Source: Chiloscyllium plagiosum
Lineage: Eukaryota
NCBI RefSeq assembly: GCF_004010195.1
Contig: NC_057718.1
Span: forward strand, 90,568,376-90,632,375
Length of the DNA: 64,000 bases
Direction of reading: 5' to 3'
Part shown: positions 24,860 to 38,212 of the stretch, piece by piece
Layout: the number at the start of each line of letters is the position of its first letter
How positions within the stretch are numbered: the stretch's first letter is position 1
Made by a program: the position numbers and the translations under genes
Notes under the pieces: model-generated
Databases searched by the model: none
The model's input: only the letters and a program-made list of their open reading frames with translations
Told to the model about the DNA's origin: nothing

Positions 24860-25330
24860 TTAAAACTTGCTAATTAGAAAGGGCTTAGAGGGGGAGCTCC
24901 TTGGAATTCACGCACACTTTATAAAAACAAGCGCAGCTCAATGCCTGCTTGCTCTCTCAGTGCATTTACAATGGGACAGAGCTCAGCACACATCATGCCT
25001 CCTGAGAAGGCTCTCACAGCGGGTAAGTGCAAAGGTCTTTAATGCTATTAATGTGCACGCCAGTGAATCTGATTAGAATTTGGCTATCTGCTTGGCTCTT
25101 CCTTCTTTTGTCGGTATTTTCGAGAACTCTCAGTGTTCATTAATAGCTAATAAATTACGTAAGGTTCATAACTGCATGAGGTTAAAAAGTTACGACCATA
25201 AATGACCTCTCTCCTATATCTGATAATAACAGGCCGTTTGTGAAAGGGCATCACGTTGTCAGCGCAAAACTTGAACGTTTACTAGAAGGTCAAGGTTCAA
25301 TCAATCTTCAGCAGCCTAAACCTTTAATCT
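24860..25330. promoter_or_regulatory. Candidate non-coding regulatory element
   Basis: No recognisable repeat; clustered TAAT/ATAAA homeodomain motifs and AGGTCA-A-GGTTCA (DR1) at 25287-25299. Motif-based inference only. Confidence 0.35.
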
Positions 25331-25467
25331 GGAGGACCCCCTCAAAATTCTGTGTCTCCTCCTTTAACATCGTCCCCAACACCGATTTCTTAAACCTAAT
25401 TGTTGGTATTATGTCCTGATATCACCTTCTGTGGCTCAGTCTTTCATTTTCATTGATAGTGCTCTCC

Positions 25468-26115
25468 ATAGATCATAGGATCCCTACAGTGTGGAAACAG
25501 GCCCTTCTGTCCAACAAGTCCACACTGACCCTCCAAAGAGTAACACACCCAGACCCATTCCTGTCTTCTATTACTCTATATTTTCCCCTAACTAATGCAC
25601 CCACCTACGCATCCCTGAACACTATGGGCAATTTAGCATGGCCAATTCACTTAACCTGCACAGCTTTGGATTGTGGGAGGAAACCGGTGCACCCAGAGGA
25701 AACGTGCTCAGGAATCTGGGTGTCCTGGTGGATCTCCATGGATTATAGTACAGCAACCTGGAAACCATGGATAAAATTTGGATGGTACCCATTTATTTAG
25801 AATCCCAACAGTGTGGAAACAGGCCCTTTGGCCCAACAAGTCCACACCGACCCTCCAAAGAGTGTCCTACCAGACTCATAGCCCTGTCACTCTACAGTTA
25901 CCCCTGACTATTACATCTAGCCCACACATCCCTGAACATTATGGCCAATTTAGCATGGCCAATTCGCCTAACCTGCACATCTTTAGACTGTGGGAGGAAA
26001 CCCACGCAGACATAGGGAGAATGTGCAAACTCCACACAGACAGTCACCCGAGGCTGGAATCAAACCCTGGGTCCCTGGTGCTGTGAGGCAGCACTTGTGA
26101 ATCACCACGGCGTGC
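25468..26115 (-). mobile_element. Two adjacent HE1-type SINEs (25468-25705 truncated; 25795-26115)
   Basis: Two HE1 tails and bodies. Confidence 0.9.
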
Positions 26116-27084
26116 TTTGCTATGTTACCAACCACTAAATAAATGCAAGTCATTGTTGTTGTAATTAACTCCTTCCATTCCTTACTCAGAGTGTCTGACA
26201 AGCCATTTGTGTGTGAATGTGTGTGTGTGTATCAGGGATGATTGAAGTTGATACCAGACATAAAAGGGAATAGATTCAGTTGGTTAGACATTTATGGAAT
26301 AGAAAAGCAAAGCAAGGGGGTTCAAGTTGATGTGACCAGCATTGAAGCTGTAACATTTTGGGCAGCTCGTCATCGAGAAGATTGAAAAGCAACAAAATAG
26401 GCGCAAGGTTGATCTTTTAAAATATTTTGCAGGAGGGGAGAGAATTCCAATAGTGAGTGAGAGTGTGGTTTGAATGATCCCGACTTCCGAAATGATTTAT
26501 GTCGGTTGCAAATACATGTCCTCCCTCACTCAATAGCAGCAGCGGGACGAGATCACCTTGATGGATGACCTTTGTACCTGTGCAGTTTGGAGCAGTTCAG
26601 TGACCCGTGACAATCTATAATTCAGCTGTCTGCTTCAAGCCCTGGTGTCAAAATGGTAGTGACCCTACCTCTGACCCAGGCAGCCTGCGTTCAAGTCCCA
26701 GCTGCTTCCTGGATGTGTATTAACATCTCTCTGCGATGGGTTGATTAAAAACATAGCATTGAGTCTTTTCCTTTGTTTTTCTTTGCTGTGAATGGGAGGT
26801 GATTGAGGGAGTGCAGCCAGAGGATGGACACCATACAAGTGTTCTGAAGTAAATTTTTCGACACATACCCGGGGGAAGGATTTATTTTTCATTCCACCCG
26901 CCAAGCTGGCTGGGAATGCAGTGCTGAAGAGTCAGAAAGGTCAAGGAACTCACCACCTTTCTGTCTTGCACCCCAACTTTCTCCCCGAATGATAAAGACA
27001 GGGAAGGTTAACAGCTACTCTTCCCCCTCCTATGGTCAGCTAACACTATCAAGGGTCCCATCTTCCATACTGGAGTGGGGGCAG

Positions 27085-27390
27085 TACTGGAGTACTGCGT
27101 GCAGTTTTAGTCTCCTTCCTTGAGAAAGGATGGTATGGCACAAGAGGGGGTGCAGAGGAGGTTCACTGGGTTGATTCCGGAGTTGAGGGGGTTGGCTTAT
27201 GATGATAGACTGAGTAGACTGGGATTATATTCATTGGAATTTAGAGGGATGATGGAGGAACTTATCGAAAATTATGAAGGGAATAGATAAGATAGATGTA
27301 GAGAGGATGTTTCCACTGGTGGGTGAAACTAGGACAAGCGAACGTAGCCTCAAAATTATGGGAAGCAGATTTTAGGACTGAATTGAGATT
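27085..27390 (+). mobile_element. CR1-type LINE fragment
   Basis: ctggagtactgcgtgcag (LEYCVQ) to tttaggactgaattgaga; close to 28960-29259. Confidence 0.88.
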
Positions 27391-28754
27391 GTGTGCACCA
27401 TCTGAGACGCCACACACAACGGAAGCTGATGGCCTCTTTAAGAGCTTGTTCAGAGGGATTGTCCTGAATGTGGCCTATAGAGTGCACCCCTCCTTCCCTT
27501 CCCCCCACCCTCTCCCCAGTCTTCAACTGGACTTGCTGACTGAGCTGCATTCTGGGACTGGCTGTAATCCCAGTGGTGACCACTGCTCCAAGTGGCGCTG
27601 CTGGGTGAGGAAGGGGAGGTGGGGCAGAAAAGCTGGGAGCTCTTTGATTGGCCAGAAGCTCTTGGAGGCAGGACCTTAAGAGCTCCAAAGGCAGGCAGTT
27701 AACTGAGACTTCCCAAAGAAAATGGCTGTGGTGGGGTTTCCCCAGCTCTTTGGCCAGTGGAATAGGCCATGGGAAGGGTCACTGGAGTGGCTTTGGTGTG
27801 CGCGCACTGCATTGTACCCAGTGATGTGACTAACACAATGTAAGTTCATCTTGGGGTGCGCTGAAGAAGGGAGAATTTGTCCTTTGGTATGCTTTTGGGG
27901 GAGATTGTAGCATAGTGGTGATGTTAGTCATCATTGGCTTCAGGATATGTCCAGTGTCTTACTGCCTGCGACTGTGAGTTTTGAAATGTGTGTGTTGTAA
28001 TACAGGAAAGGCAGCAGCCACAGTTGTACACAGAAGACTCCACCAGAAGCAGATAGGAGGAATAAACAGATAATCTGCTTTGGTGGTATCAAATGACTAG
28101 GACCCTGGGAACTGCTCCACTGCTGTCCTCTGAAGTTGTGCAATGGGATCTTTACATCCAGTTGAGACAAGAGACGGCTTTAATGCCTGATCTGAGCAGA
28201 GGTACCTCTGTCAGTGCAGCATTTCCTCAGTGCAGCCTCGGCTTAAATTTTGCACAGGGTCAGACTTAAACCCACCAACGCCTGATTCTGAAGAAGAGAG
28301 TATGAAAGAGCAAGGGAGAGACAAAGACCCATTCAATTATCTGAGTACTGGTGAGTTCCAGCATCCACAACATACCGTGACAAATAAAAACACAGATAAC
28401 CGATGTGTAGTGCAAGCATTGGTTGAAAAGCTGGTTTTACTTTGTTAATTGTTCAATTAGCAGAAAAATAAGATCTGAACGGAGAATGCTGATACTTGAA
28501 TCAAGAGCATTGTGTGATATCTGAGAGTGACCTCAGAGGATTTGCTCACTAGATCTAAGGTAGTTTTGAGTCAACCTGTTGGGACATGTTATTCAGGGCA
28601 AGGTGGGGCCTAGAGGGAGGGACACTACTGCTGTACCCAAAAAAAGTCATCTTGACTGTCTCAAATTGCTATCCAGAGATTTGGAGCCCAGGCAGTAGCT
28701 TCCTTACGGGAGATGTCCATCTTAGACAATCATGAAACAAGGAGGGAGAGACAA

Positions 28755-29515
28755 GGACTTGAATGGTAAAAGGTTGCAGCATGCTGCTATGCAGAGAGAC
28801 CTGGGTGTCCTCGTGCATGAGTTACAGAAGGTTGGTCTATAAGTACAACAGGTAATTAGGAAGGCAAATGGAAATTTGTCCTTCATTGCTAAAGGGATTG
28901 AGTTTAAAAGCAGGGAGGTTATGTTGCATCTGTACAGGACACTGGTGAGGCCACACCTGGATTACTGCGTGCAGTTTTAGTCTCCTTCCTTGAGAAAGGA
29001 TGGACTGGCACAAGAGGGGGTGCAGAGGAGGTCCACTGGGTTGACCCTGGAGTTGAGGGGGTTGATTTATGAGGAGAGACCGATAGACTGGGATTATATT
29101 CATTGGAATTCAGAAGAATGAGGGGGGGATCTTATAGAAACATATTATGAGGGGAATAGATAAGATAGATGCAGAGAGGATGTTTCCACTGGTGGGTGAA
29201 ACTAGGACAAGAGAACATAGCCTCAAAATTAGGGGGAGCAGATTTAGGACTGAATTGAGAAGGAACTCCTTCACCCAGAGGGTTGTGAATCTGTGGAATT
29301 CCCTGCCCGGTGAAGTGGTTGACACTACTTCAGTAAACGTGTTCAATGCTAAGGTAGATATTTTTTGAACAATAAAGGAATTAAGGGTCATGGTGAGCGA
29401 GTGGGTAAAGTGGAGCTGAGGCCATGAAAAGATCAGCCATGATCTTATTGAATGGTGGACCAGGTTCAAAGGGCCGAATGGCCTACTCCTGCTCCTCATT
29501 CTTACGTTCTTATGT
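28755..29515 (+). mobile_element. CR1-type LINE 3' fragment
   Basis: QRDLGV..LVRPHLDYCVQ..TRTREHSLKI..FTQRVVNLWNSLP; cttatgtt-type tail. Confidence 0.93.
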
Positions 29516-31659
29516 TGTGTTACTGAAATTCCAGGGGGAAGGAATGTGAAACAAGCTAATAAAGCTCTTCCGAGATTGAAAGCAGAGATCACCATCGAAG
29601 GGAGAGTGACGATACAATATTAATTTTGGGAATTACAGAAGAACAAAGTTACTTAATATCCAAAGAAGGGTTCATGAGAGATCAAATGTAAGAAAAATAA
29701 GGATGACGTCTGGTCTTCCAGCATCAGAAATATTTTTGCTGTGTAGGAGTCAAATGTTACTTCACTCAGTCAAGGTTTTGAACGAATAGCTTGAGAGCTG
29801 GGCCCTGCCTTCCCATTAAGTGGCCAAGGATAAGGGACTTAAGCTGAAGGCTATAAGCCATGACCAAAGACGCATGTGGAAAATTCTCACTGGTGATGGT
29901 CGAAGAATCTAGAACTTTGAGGAGCCATGACTGTTTTCAAGAGACGGATCCTTTTGGAAGAGGAATTTTCCTCAAGCCCACCTGAGGAAGACAATGGCAA
30001 ACCACTCCATGTATTTCTTTCCCCAGGCACATGGCTCATTCGCATTTACAATTGTGATGGGCAGGATCCTCCACACAACTGAACCAGAAAGTGCTAGACT
30101 GTGAGGTGTAGAGACATGTGCAGCGGACTTGTCCTGAGACACGTTCTGAGACTGTTTAAAAATATATCAATGTTCTGTCTCTAAGCACAATGAGTTACTG
30201 TGGAGTAAGATGACTATGAGGAAAATAGGAACAGGAGGAGGCCATTCAGCCCCTTGAGCTCAATGGCTGTCCTATACCCTTACTCTGAATACCAGTCATT
30301 TATACACAATAAGGTGAGTAATCAAAAGGGAGAGGAGTGGGAAACCAGGGAGTAGGCTGGTTACTAGGCCATTCTCTACTGATGGAGATCGGTCAGCACT
30401 TTATTTGAACGTGATCTCATCCTCAGAGAGGATGGCCTTGAGCTGGATTTGCCGTTGGGGTTGCCATCTTTCTTAATTGGACAACAGATCCAGATGAGAC
30501 CCTATGTATTGGCTGCCTCCAGGAAAGCTCCTTGACAGCGAGAGGATTCTGAACCCACACGATTGTGTAGGGCCTTGGTGCGGCCTCTCAGCAAGCAGTG
30601 GTAGCGTCCTTACCTTTGGGGCTTGGAGAGCTGTATTTCACTCTTACCTGCTCCAGGTAAGAGTGCTTACATCTCTGAACGGGTTTTCATGAGAAAATTT
30701 CTCACCCACTGGACGGTCAATGGAAATACCTCTGCCAGTTTTATGATGAAGTCAGAGCTGTGACCTTCGGATGCGGCGAGGTGATGGCTGCCAGTAGACT
30801 CCCAGATATTTGGCGGCAAATTCAAGGCAGTGCATTCGTTCCAAATCCCAAAGGCCCGCTGACATTCACACGCCCTTTTGGCATTTTGCTTTCACCGTTG
30901 ATGTTTCCGGAACCATCCCGTCAGATTGCTTTGTGGGGAGCTGCCAGCAATCAATCATTAGTGCCGACTGTGGAGAGAGGATTATGCGGACATCCGACTT
31001 GGACAGCTGCTGTTTCCAAATCTGCCTTCAAGCCTTTTGAGGAATGTTTCCTCCACCCTGCACCTCCCTGCCCAACCTCTGACTTTGTATCTTTTCCTAG
31101 TCAACTGGTTCAGGAGAGTTAATGTAATCCTCTGAAGCGGGTAGGGCATGAACCGGTTCTCCTGGGTCAGAGGTGGGGACACTACCACTGTGCTATGAGA
31201 ACCCCATGCAGGCCTGTGACTTTATGTGCTTGCTGGTTCCTCATTTCACCTTTTCAGCAGCCCTCGCTGTGGAAAGGACAGTGAATTGCTTTCTGACAGC
31301 TTCAAGCCAAGGTGCCGAAATGGAGTCTTCACTCTCGTTGTTTTGAAGCCAGCGAGGGAGCGTACTTTCCAGGGAAACATTGGTCATCCTGCTGATTGCT
31401 ACCTGGTGATGCGCAACCCACCGCCATCAGGTTATCGGCTGCATCGGGAATTCTGTCCGTCTCCCCAGCTGTAACCTGGAGCTGAAGGTTTACTGGCCAT
31501 GCACACACAAGCCAAATGACACTGCCCACCTCACCTCTTAATGCTTCCCAGGATGAACCTGCTCTTTCCCACCTGGACTGTGGACTGGCCCGATCAGTCC
31601 ATCAGTTTCATTAGAAGGTGATGCCAGGACGAGAGGTAGAGTTTCATGCACTGTTCATA

Positions 31660-31850
31660 GCATCCGAGAATCTCCACAGTGTGAGAACAGGCCATTCGGC
31701 CCAACTGGTCCACACCGACCCTCTGAAGTGCATCCCACCCAGACCCATCCCCCTACCCTATATTTCCCATGGCTAACTCACATAGCCTGCACATCCCTGG
31801 CCATGATGGGCAACTTTGCATGGCCAATCCACCTCAGCTGCACGTCTTTG
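31660..31850 (-). mobile_element. HE1-type SINE 3' part
   Basis: HE1 tail and body, no head. Confidence 0.85.
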
Positions 31851-31874
31851 TATTCAGTCCCTTAATGTCATCAA

Positions 31875-32370
31875 TTCATACAGCACAGAAACAGACCTGT
31901 GAGTCCAACCAGTTCATAATCCCAAACTAAACTAGTCCCACCTGCCTGCACTTAGTCCATATCCCTCCAAACATTTCCAATTCATGTGCTTATCTAAATT
32001 GTTTTTTAAACTTTGTAACTGTACCCGCATCCACCACTTCCTTTGGGAGTTCATTCCACACTGGAACATGTGCTGTTGGTTCATTCCACATTCCATAGAA
32101 TGCTGTGTAAAAGAGTTGCCCGTCGTGTCTGTTTTCCATCTTTCCCCTCACACCTTAAAAATGTGCCCCTAGTCTTGAAACCCCCCCCCTCACCCTAGGG
32201 AAAGGACACCTGCCACTCACCTTATCGCTGCTCTTTTTACAAACCTCTACAGCCACATCTCTTCTGAATCCCCTCCAATTTAACAATATCCTTCCTATAC
32301 CGGGGCAGCCAGAACTGCACACAGCACTCTAGACGAGGCCTCGCCAACGTCTTTGCGCAACCTCAACCTG
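31875..32370 (-). mobile_element. CR1-type LINE 3' fragment
   Basis: Same 3' UTR and ORF end as 6817-7365. Confidence 0.88.
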
Positions 32371-32964
32371 TGTCCATTATTCCTCTGTGGGAGCGAATCC
32401 ATTAGATTGGCCGCAGGGGGGCCTGGGTTAGTTCTGTTGGCCTAACAAGCTTTCCATTTTTGCTTTCTGAGGTGGGAGCAGTAAAGTTTGAGAAAGGCCC
32501 CTGTTTGTATCCGAGAGTAACACTTCCAGATGCTTTTGCATCATCTGTGGCCACGGAGAGTATCTGTGGAGCAAGTACAACTAACCTTTCAGAACTGTTC
32601 TGTCTCTGGCGATCCTCCCACATGGTTGGTCGCAGCTGCCTTAAGGCAGTGGTTGTATGGCCTAAAAGAGTGCTGTCTGTGTGAAATTCCCTGGCATCAG
32701 AAACTCGGTAGGGAGCGAGGTCAGTGTGGCAGCCCAGTTCGTGAACTTTTCGTTCTGTTACGAGAAAGAATTCGCAGGGTTTACAGTGTCGTGACGTGAC
32801 TCTGGGTTGTAGGCCTATTGGTGTATAGGTGCAGTCACCAATTTAGTTTGTTTACACACCCACCGGTGAGATTGCTTTTTCGTTCCTTTGTGGTAATCAG
32901 GTATAGGGTCTATATCGGTGGCTAGACGGAAGTGTGAAGAATGATGGGAATACAACTCGGTTCC

Positions 32965-33150
32965 AGACAAAATAAAACCTGCAGATGCTGGAATCCAAGG
33001 TAGACAAGCAGGAGGCTGGGAGAACACAGCAAGCCAGGCAGCATCAAGAGGTGGAGAAGTCAACATTTCGGGTGCAATCCTTTCTCAGGACCTGGGGTGG
33101 GTGTAAGGGGGAGCTGCGGAATATAACTTGAGGCAGGTGATCAACCTGGT
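32965..33150 (-). mobile_element. PLE terminal-repeat fragment (family E, decayed hammerhead)
   Basis: Reverse complement gtcctgagaaaggattgcacccgaaatgttgac; same family at 63860-63975. Confidence 0.7.
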
Positions 33151-33604
33151 TTCCCCAGCACAGAGACAATAGCTCACTGTAGCTGTTCCTACAAACCACC
33201 CTTTTATGCATTAGTTTCTCGTTCCAATGGCAGCAGTGTTTCCTGACTTTTACTTCTCGTACAAGAAAGGCACATGTCTTGACAGGATTTAAGTTGGTGG
33301 TGACAGCGGGAACGCGTTGGAATGGGAAACAGATGTTTGCCTGTGGGTGCCTGCAAATACATTTCAGATGACGTTAATATGTGGGTGATAGCTTCCATGT
33401 TGCATTCTCTGTAAACTTAAGGTCATCTAAAACTCTGCTGCCTGTGTCCTTAGTTACGCCAGATCCCAGTCAACGCATTGACTAATGGTTAGGGCAATGT
33501 GCCAATTTCAAGATTTCCACCCTTAATTTCATGTCCCTCTGAGCCCTGTTCCCAGCCTATCTCTGCAATGTCCTCATCCAGGCTTCTACATTCATAGAAG
33601 CTTT

Positions 33605-33870
33605 CATAGAATCCCTACAGTGTGGAAACAGGCCATTTGGCCCAACCCTCCGAAGAGTATCCCACCCATACCCATTCCCTAATTACTCTACATTTACTGC
33701 TGACTAATGCACCTAACCTACACATCCCTGAATACTCTGGGAAATTTAACGTGGCCGATTCTCCTGACCTGCACATCTGTGGACTGTGGGAGGAAACCCA
33801 AGCAGACACAGGGAGAATGTGCAAACTCCACACAGACAGTCGCCAGGGGCTGGAATTGAACCTGGGTGTC
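33605..33870 (-). mobile_element. HE1-type SINE (head truncated)
   Basis: HE1 tail and body. Confidence 0.9.
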
Positions 33871-33964
33871 TCTGAGGTTGTGTCCCTCCCTATCTCCAAT
33901 GTCTTGTCTGCTTGCAATCTTCCCCCCCCCCCCCCCGCCGTCCCCAATGCTCGGCCACTTCTGG

Positions 33965-34270
33965 CCTCACGAGGAGAGGCTTGTCGGAGAGGGCTTATTC
34001 TCAGAGTAGGGAGTCTCCCAGTTAAGACGGAGATGAGGAACAACCTCTTCTCTCAGAGGGTCGTGATTCCATGGAGTTCTTTGCCGCAGAGGGCTGTCGG
34101 GTTGTGTTCAAGGCTGAGCTAGCCACATTTCTAATCATTAAGAAAATCAAGGCTTAGGGGGAAAAGGCAGGCCAGTGGATTTGATGGTATCAGATCAGCC
34201 ATGATCTCATTGGATGGTGGTGCAGACTCGATGGGCTGAATGGCCTACCTGTGCTCCTATCCATCATTGG
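33965..34270 (+). mobile_element. CR1-type LINE 3' fragment
   Basis: KTEMRNNLFSQRVV..W.SLP and gatcagccatgatctcattg tail. Confidence 0.82.
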
Positions 34271-36205
34271 TTCTGCGCTTGATTTGAGTCACTATGCTTT
34301 TGGAGGATGTGCCTTCACTTGCTCAGGCCCCGAAGCTCTGGAATTCCCTCCCTGCACCTCGCCACCTTACTGTAAAATGCTATCTCATTGACTGACTGCT
34401 CATGTGCCCTGCTACCTCCCCTCACGGTGCGGTGTCAAACTTGGCTCGCTGCCTTTCCAGTTAAGTGCCTTGGCCGTTTCACGGTGTTCAAAGGTGATGG
34501 ATAAATGCACCTTTGTGGCCAAGGCTTCCCCAAAGTGTAAAGCTGTATGTGCCACGTTCAGGTCATGCTATACATACGTGCAATATTTGAGCTTGCTGTT
34601 CCCCCTAGTGGGCAGTAAATGTTTCTGTGCAGAAGGTGTGCAGTTGGCTTTCACAGAGTGAATTGAAAGCTGTAAAAGTGGGTTTGACCATGGGGCAAGG
34701 TGGTGCCCACCTTCGGGTCAAGGGAGACCTGACAAGTGGTAGAGATGGTAGCTATCATCTACCTTTCCCATCTCCTAAGCCTCTGTTGCACTTGAACGCT
34801 GGCAGAGCCCGCAGGAGAAGTGCAATTATGCAGAGAGAGCGGGAATATGTTATCAGTTGAAGTCATGGTGGGATCTGCATTGGACACCGTAAGGCAGCGG
34901 GCTGGGGGTGTTCCTCCTTGGGTGGTCATCCATTTAACCCCAGCCCCTGAGACAAGGTTTTCAGCATGCCTTAGCGCAGCCTCTCCTGTAGGCTGTCATC
35001 ATGCCTTCCATCACATATCCACCGGCTGGCTGTTTTAAGGGTGGTGGTAGGGTGAAAGGGGTTTGCTCTGGTGCTAATGGTCACCGTCCCCATCATCCAG
35101 AGGCCCCCAAATGAGTTCAAGTCCCACCATGACAATTGCTGAATTTGAATTCAATTAACAAATGGGGAATCGAAAGCCAGTCTGTCATGAGTCTAGCTGA
35201 TCATTATGAAGAAACAAATCCCACATGATTCAAAGAAAGCAATCTTGCCTAGTCTGGTTTACACGTGACTCCAGGCCAGCAGCACTTCCAACTGCCCTCT
35301 GAAATGCCCTCCATTGACAGGAAATTTGGGGACAGGTGACAAATGCGGGTGGAAACCAACTTGGGGGGATGTAAAGTGAATGTGTACTGATGAAGGCGGA
35401 TTTTTTTTTTAGTAAGCTCCCGGCCTGCACCTTGGTTAACAGGCAGCGTGCAGTCACGGTTCCCACATGCATTTACCGCCCATTGAACCGGAACTGCTCC
35501 TGATTCTCCGTCCAGGAGAGGAAGATCATGTTCAGGTTTGATTGACAGACTTAATTCACTTGCATTACCATGGGACATGCATCTGGACATCTGTTGTCAT
35601 GGTGCGCTATTTTTGGTTAATTAGTTTCATGATTTCCTGGCTAGAACAGAAATTCGCATGGGGTAACTCAATTGCACTTTATGGAGTTGATTTCTTTACT
35701 CTTTGTTCTCTCTAAGCTGCTCCTGAGGGCGAAAATGTGAGGTGATTTACCTCAACGTGCTTAGAAACCCTGAGGAGTTGGCTTCCCGGTGTCACTGCCC
35801 TGGCTGCTTTCACCTTTGAACTCTTGCCTGCCAACGCAGAATTAGAGAGGTGGTTGTTGACCATAAATGGTCGCGGGGCCTCACTGAGTGAATCTTCCAG
35901 TCCAGTGCTTGCAAAAAGCGGTTTCCGTGTTGTGACCCCATTTGAAAATGGTTACGCCATGTCAGTGAGAGAGGGGGATGGGGGTGGAAGGCACCACTGA
36001 GAGCAGGGGAGGGGAGAGCATTGGCCACGGCTGTTTTGGAGCTCGTGAATCCCATTTCGTGTCCTGAACCCAATTCGGGATGCCCTGTTCTCATCTCCAG
36101 TCCAGCGCAATCACGTGGTGCCATCATGGTCCATTTTAGAGCCTAAATCCAGGAGTAGGTCATTTGGCCACTCGAGCCTGTACAACAGGATTGTGGCTGA
36201 TTGGA

Positions 36206-38138
36206 CACTCCTCATGTCCACTTCCCTGCCCCTCTCCCTTGATTCCCCAACTGCCTTTTTCTCTTCCTGACAGAGTGCGTGGATGAGATTGGGAAGTGCC
36301 CCATCCACTCCCTGTCAGTGAGGAGAGCCTGTAATTATCTCCCTTCTCCAGAGGGAATGTTGGGAGACAGGTGAGATTTTTGAAACCCATTTGATTGTAT
36401 TTTTTAATTGCTGGGTGAGGTAATTAGGGATATGGAGCAAAGGTCGGTGAAGGGAATAGAGCTACAGCTAAACCCTACCCTGTTCAGCCTCTCCCTACAG
36501 CTCAAACCCTCCAACCCTGGCAACATCCTTGTAACTCTTTTCTGAACCCTTTCAAGTTTCACATCTTTCCTACAGCAGGGTGACCAGAATTGCACACAGT
36601 ATTCCAAAAGTGACCTAATCATTGCCTAGTACAGCTGCAACATGACCTCCCAACTCCTATACTCAATACTCTGACCAATACTAAATGCCTCCTTCACTAT
36701 CCTGTCTACTTGAAAGATTAAAGACCTGGCTGTATTCCATTGCTTCATTATTAAGAATGCCATTTACACAAACTTGAAGCCCGTTGATCCTGCTCTGTCA
36801 GAAATATCAATGATTTCAGCAGATCAAGCCTGGTTTATCTTGAGCTGCCTGTGTAAATGGGGCTGGAATAGGGATGTGATGCTCACATATTGGCCTTGAA
36901 ACATTAACTCGGTTTCTCTCTCCACAGCTGCAGCCAGATCTGCAGAGTTTCTCCAGCACTTTCTGCTTTCCTTTTGGATCTCCAGCCTCCACAGCATTTT
37001 TGCTTTTATTCGGCTGCAGAATTCTGCCAACGTTGGGAGCGCAGGATCTCAATGTCTATCCTCTCGCTTCAAACTGCAGCCCCCAACCCCCACGCACTCT
37101 TATGTGTTTATGGGTGAGTCGATTCTGTCTGTTAGGTTCAAGGGATCTAGAAATAAACGAGTTTTGGATTTTTTCACTCCTCATGTCCACTTCCCTGCCC
37201 CTCTCCCTTGATTCCCCAACTGCCTTTTTCTCTTCCTGACAGAGTGCGTGGATGAGATTGGGAAGTGCCCCATCCACTCCCTGTCAGTGAGGACAGCCTG
37301 TAATTATCTCCCTTCTCCAGAGGGAATGTTGGGAGACAGGTGAGATTTTTGAAACCCATTTGATTGTATTTTTTAATTGCTGGGTGAGGTAATTAGGGAT
37401 ATGGAGCAAAGGTCGGTGAAGGGAATAGAGCTACAGCTAAACCCTACCCTGTTCAGCCTCTCCCTACAGCTCAAACCCTCCAACCCTGGCAACATCCTTG
37501 TAACTCTTTTCTGAACCCTTTCAAGTTTCACATCTTTCCTACAGCAGGGTGACCAGAATTGCACGCAGTATTCCAAAAGTGACCTAATCATTGCCTAGTA
37601 CAGCTGCAACATGACCTCCCAACTCCTATACTCAATACTCTGATCAATACTAAATGCCTCCTTCACTATCCTGTCCACTTGAAAGATTAAAGACCCGGCT
37701 GTATTCCATTGCTTCATTATTAAGAATGCCATTTACACAAACTTGAAGCCCGTTGATCCTGCTCTGTCAGAAATATCAATGATTTCAGCAGATCAAGCCT
37801 GGTTTATCTTGAGCTGCCTGTGTAAATGGGGCTGGAATAGGGATGTGATGCTCACATATTGGCCTCGAAACATTAACTCGGTTTCTCTCTCCACAGCTGC
37901 AGCCAGACCTGCAGAGTTTCTCCAGCACTTTCTGCTTTTCTTTTGGATCTCCAGCCTCCATAGCATTTTAGCTTTTATTCGGCTGCAGAATTCTGCCAAC
38001 GTTGGGAGCGCAGGATCTCAATGTCTATCCTCTAGCTTCAAACTGCAGCCCCCAACCCCCACGCACTCTTATGTGTTTATAGGTGAGTTGATTCTGTCTG
38101 TTAGGTTCAGGGATCTAGAAATAAACGAGTTTTGGATT
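36206..38138. repeat. Tandem duplication of ~965 bp (36206-37170 and 37175-38138)
   Basis: Colinear copies offset by 969 bp with roughly a dozen differences by eye; tttt at the junction; each copy holds CR1 and PLE fragments. Confidence 0.97.
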
Positions 38139-38212
38139 ATCCCGGCGCAGTTCTGCTTGCGTACAGAAATATGTGCGATGTGTCTGCAGTTAGCACCAAA
38201 TTACCACATGGT

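Noticed and set aside
26415..26460. Possible microexon ttttgcag|GAGGGGGAGAATTCCAATA|gtgagt
   Set aside because: 19 nt (frame-shifting) with a weak pyrimidine tract and no other support.
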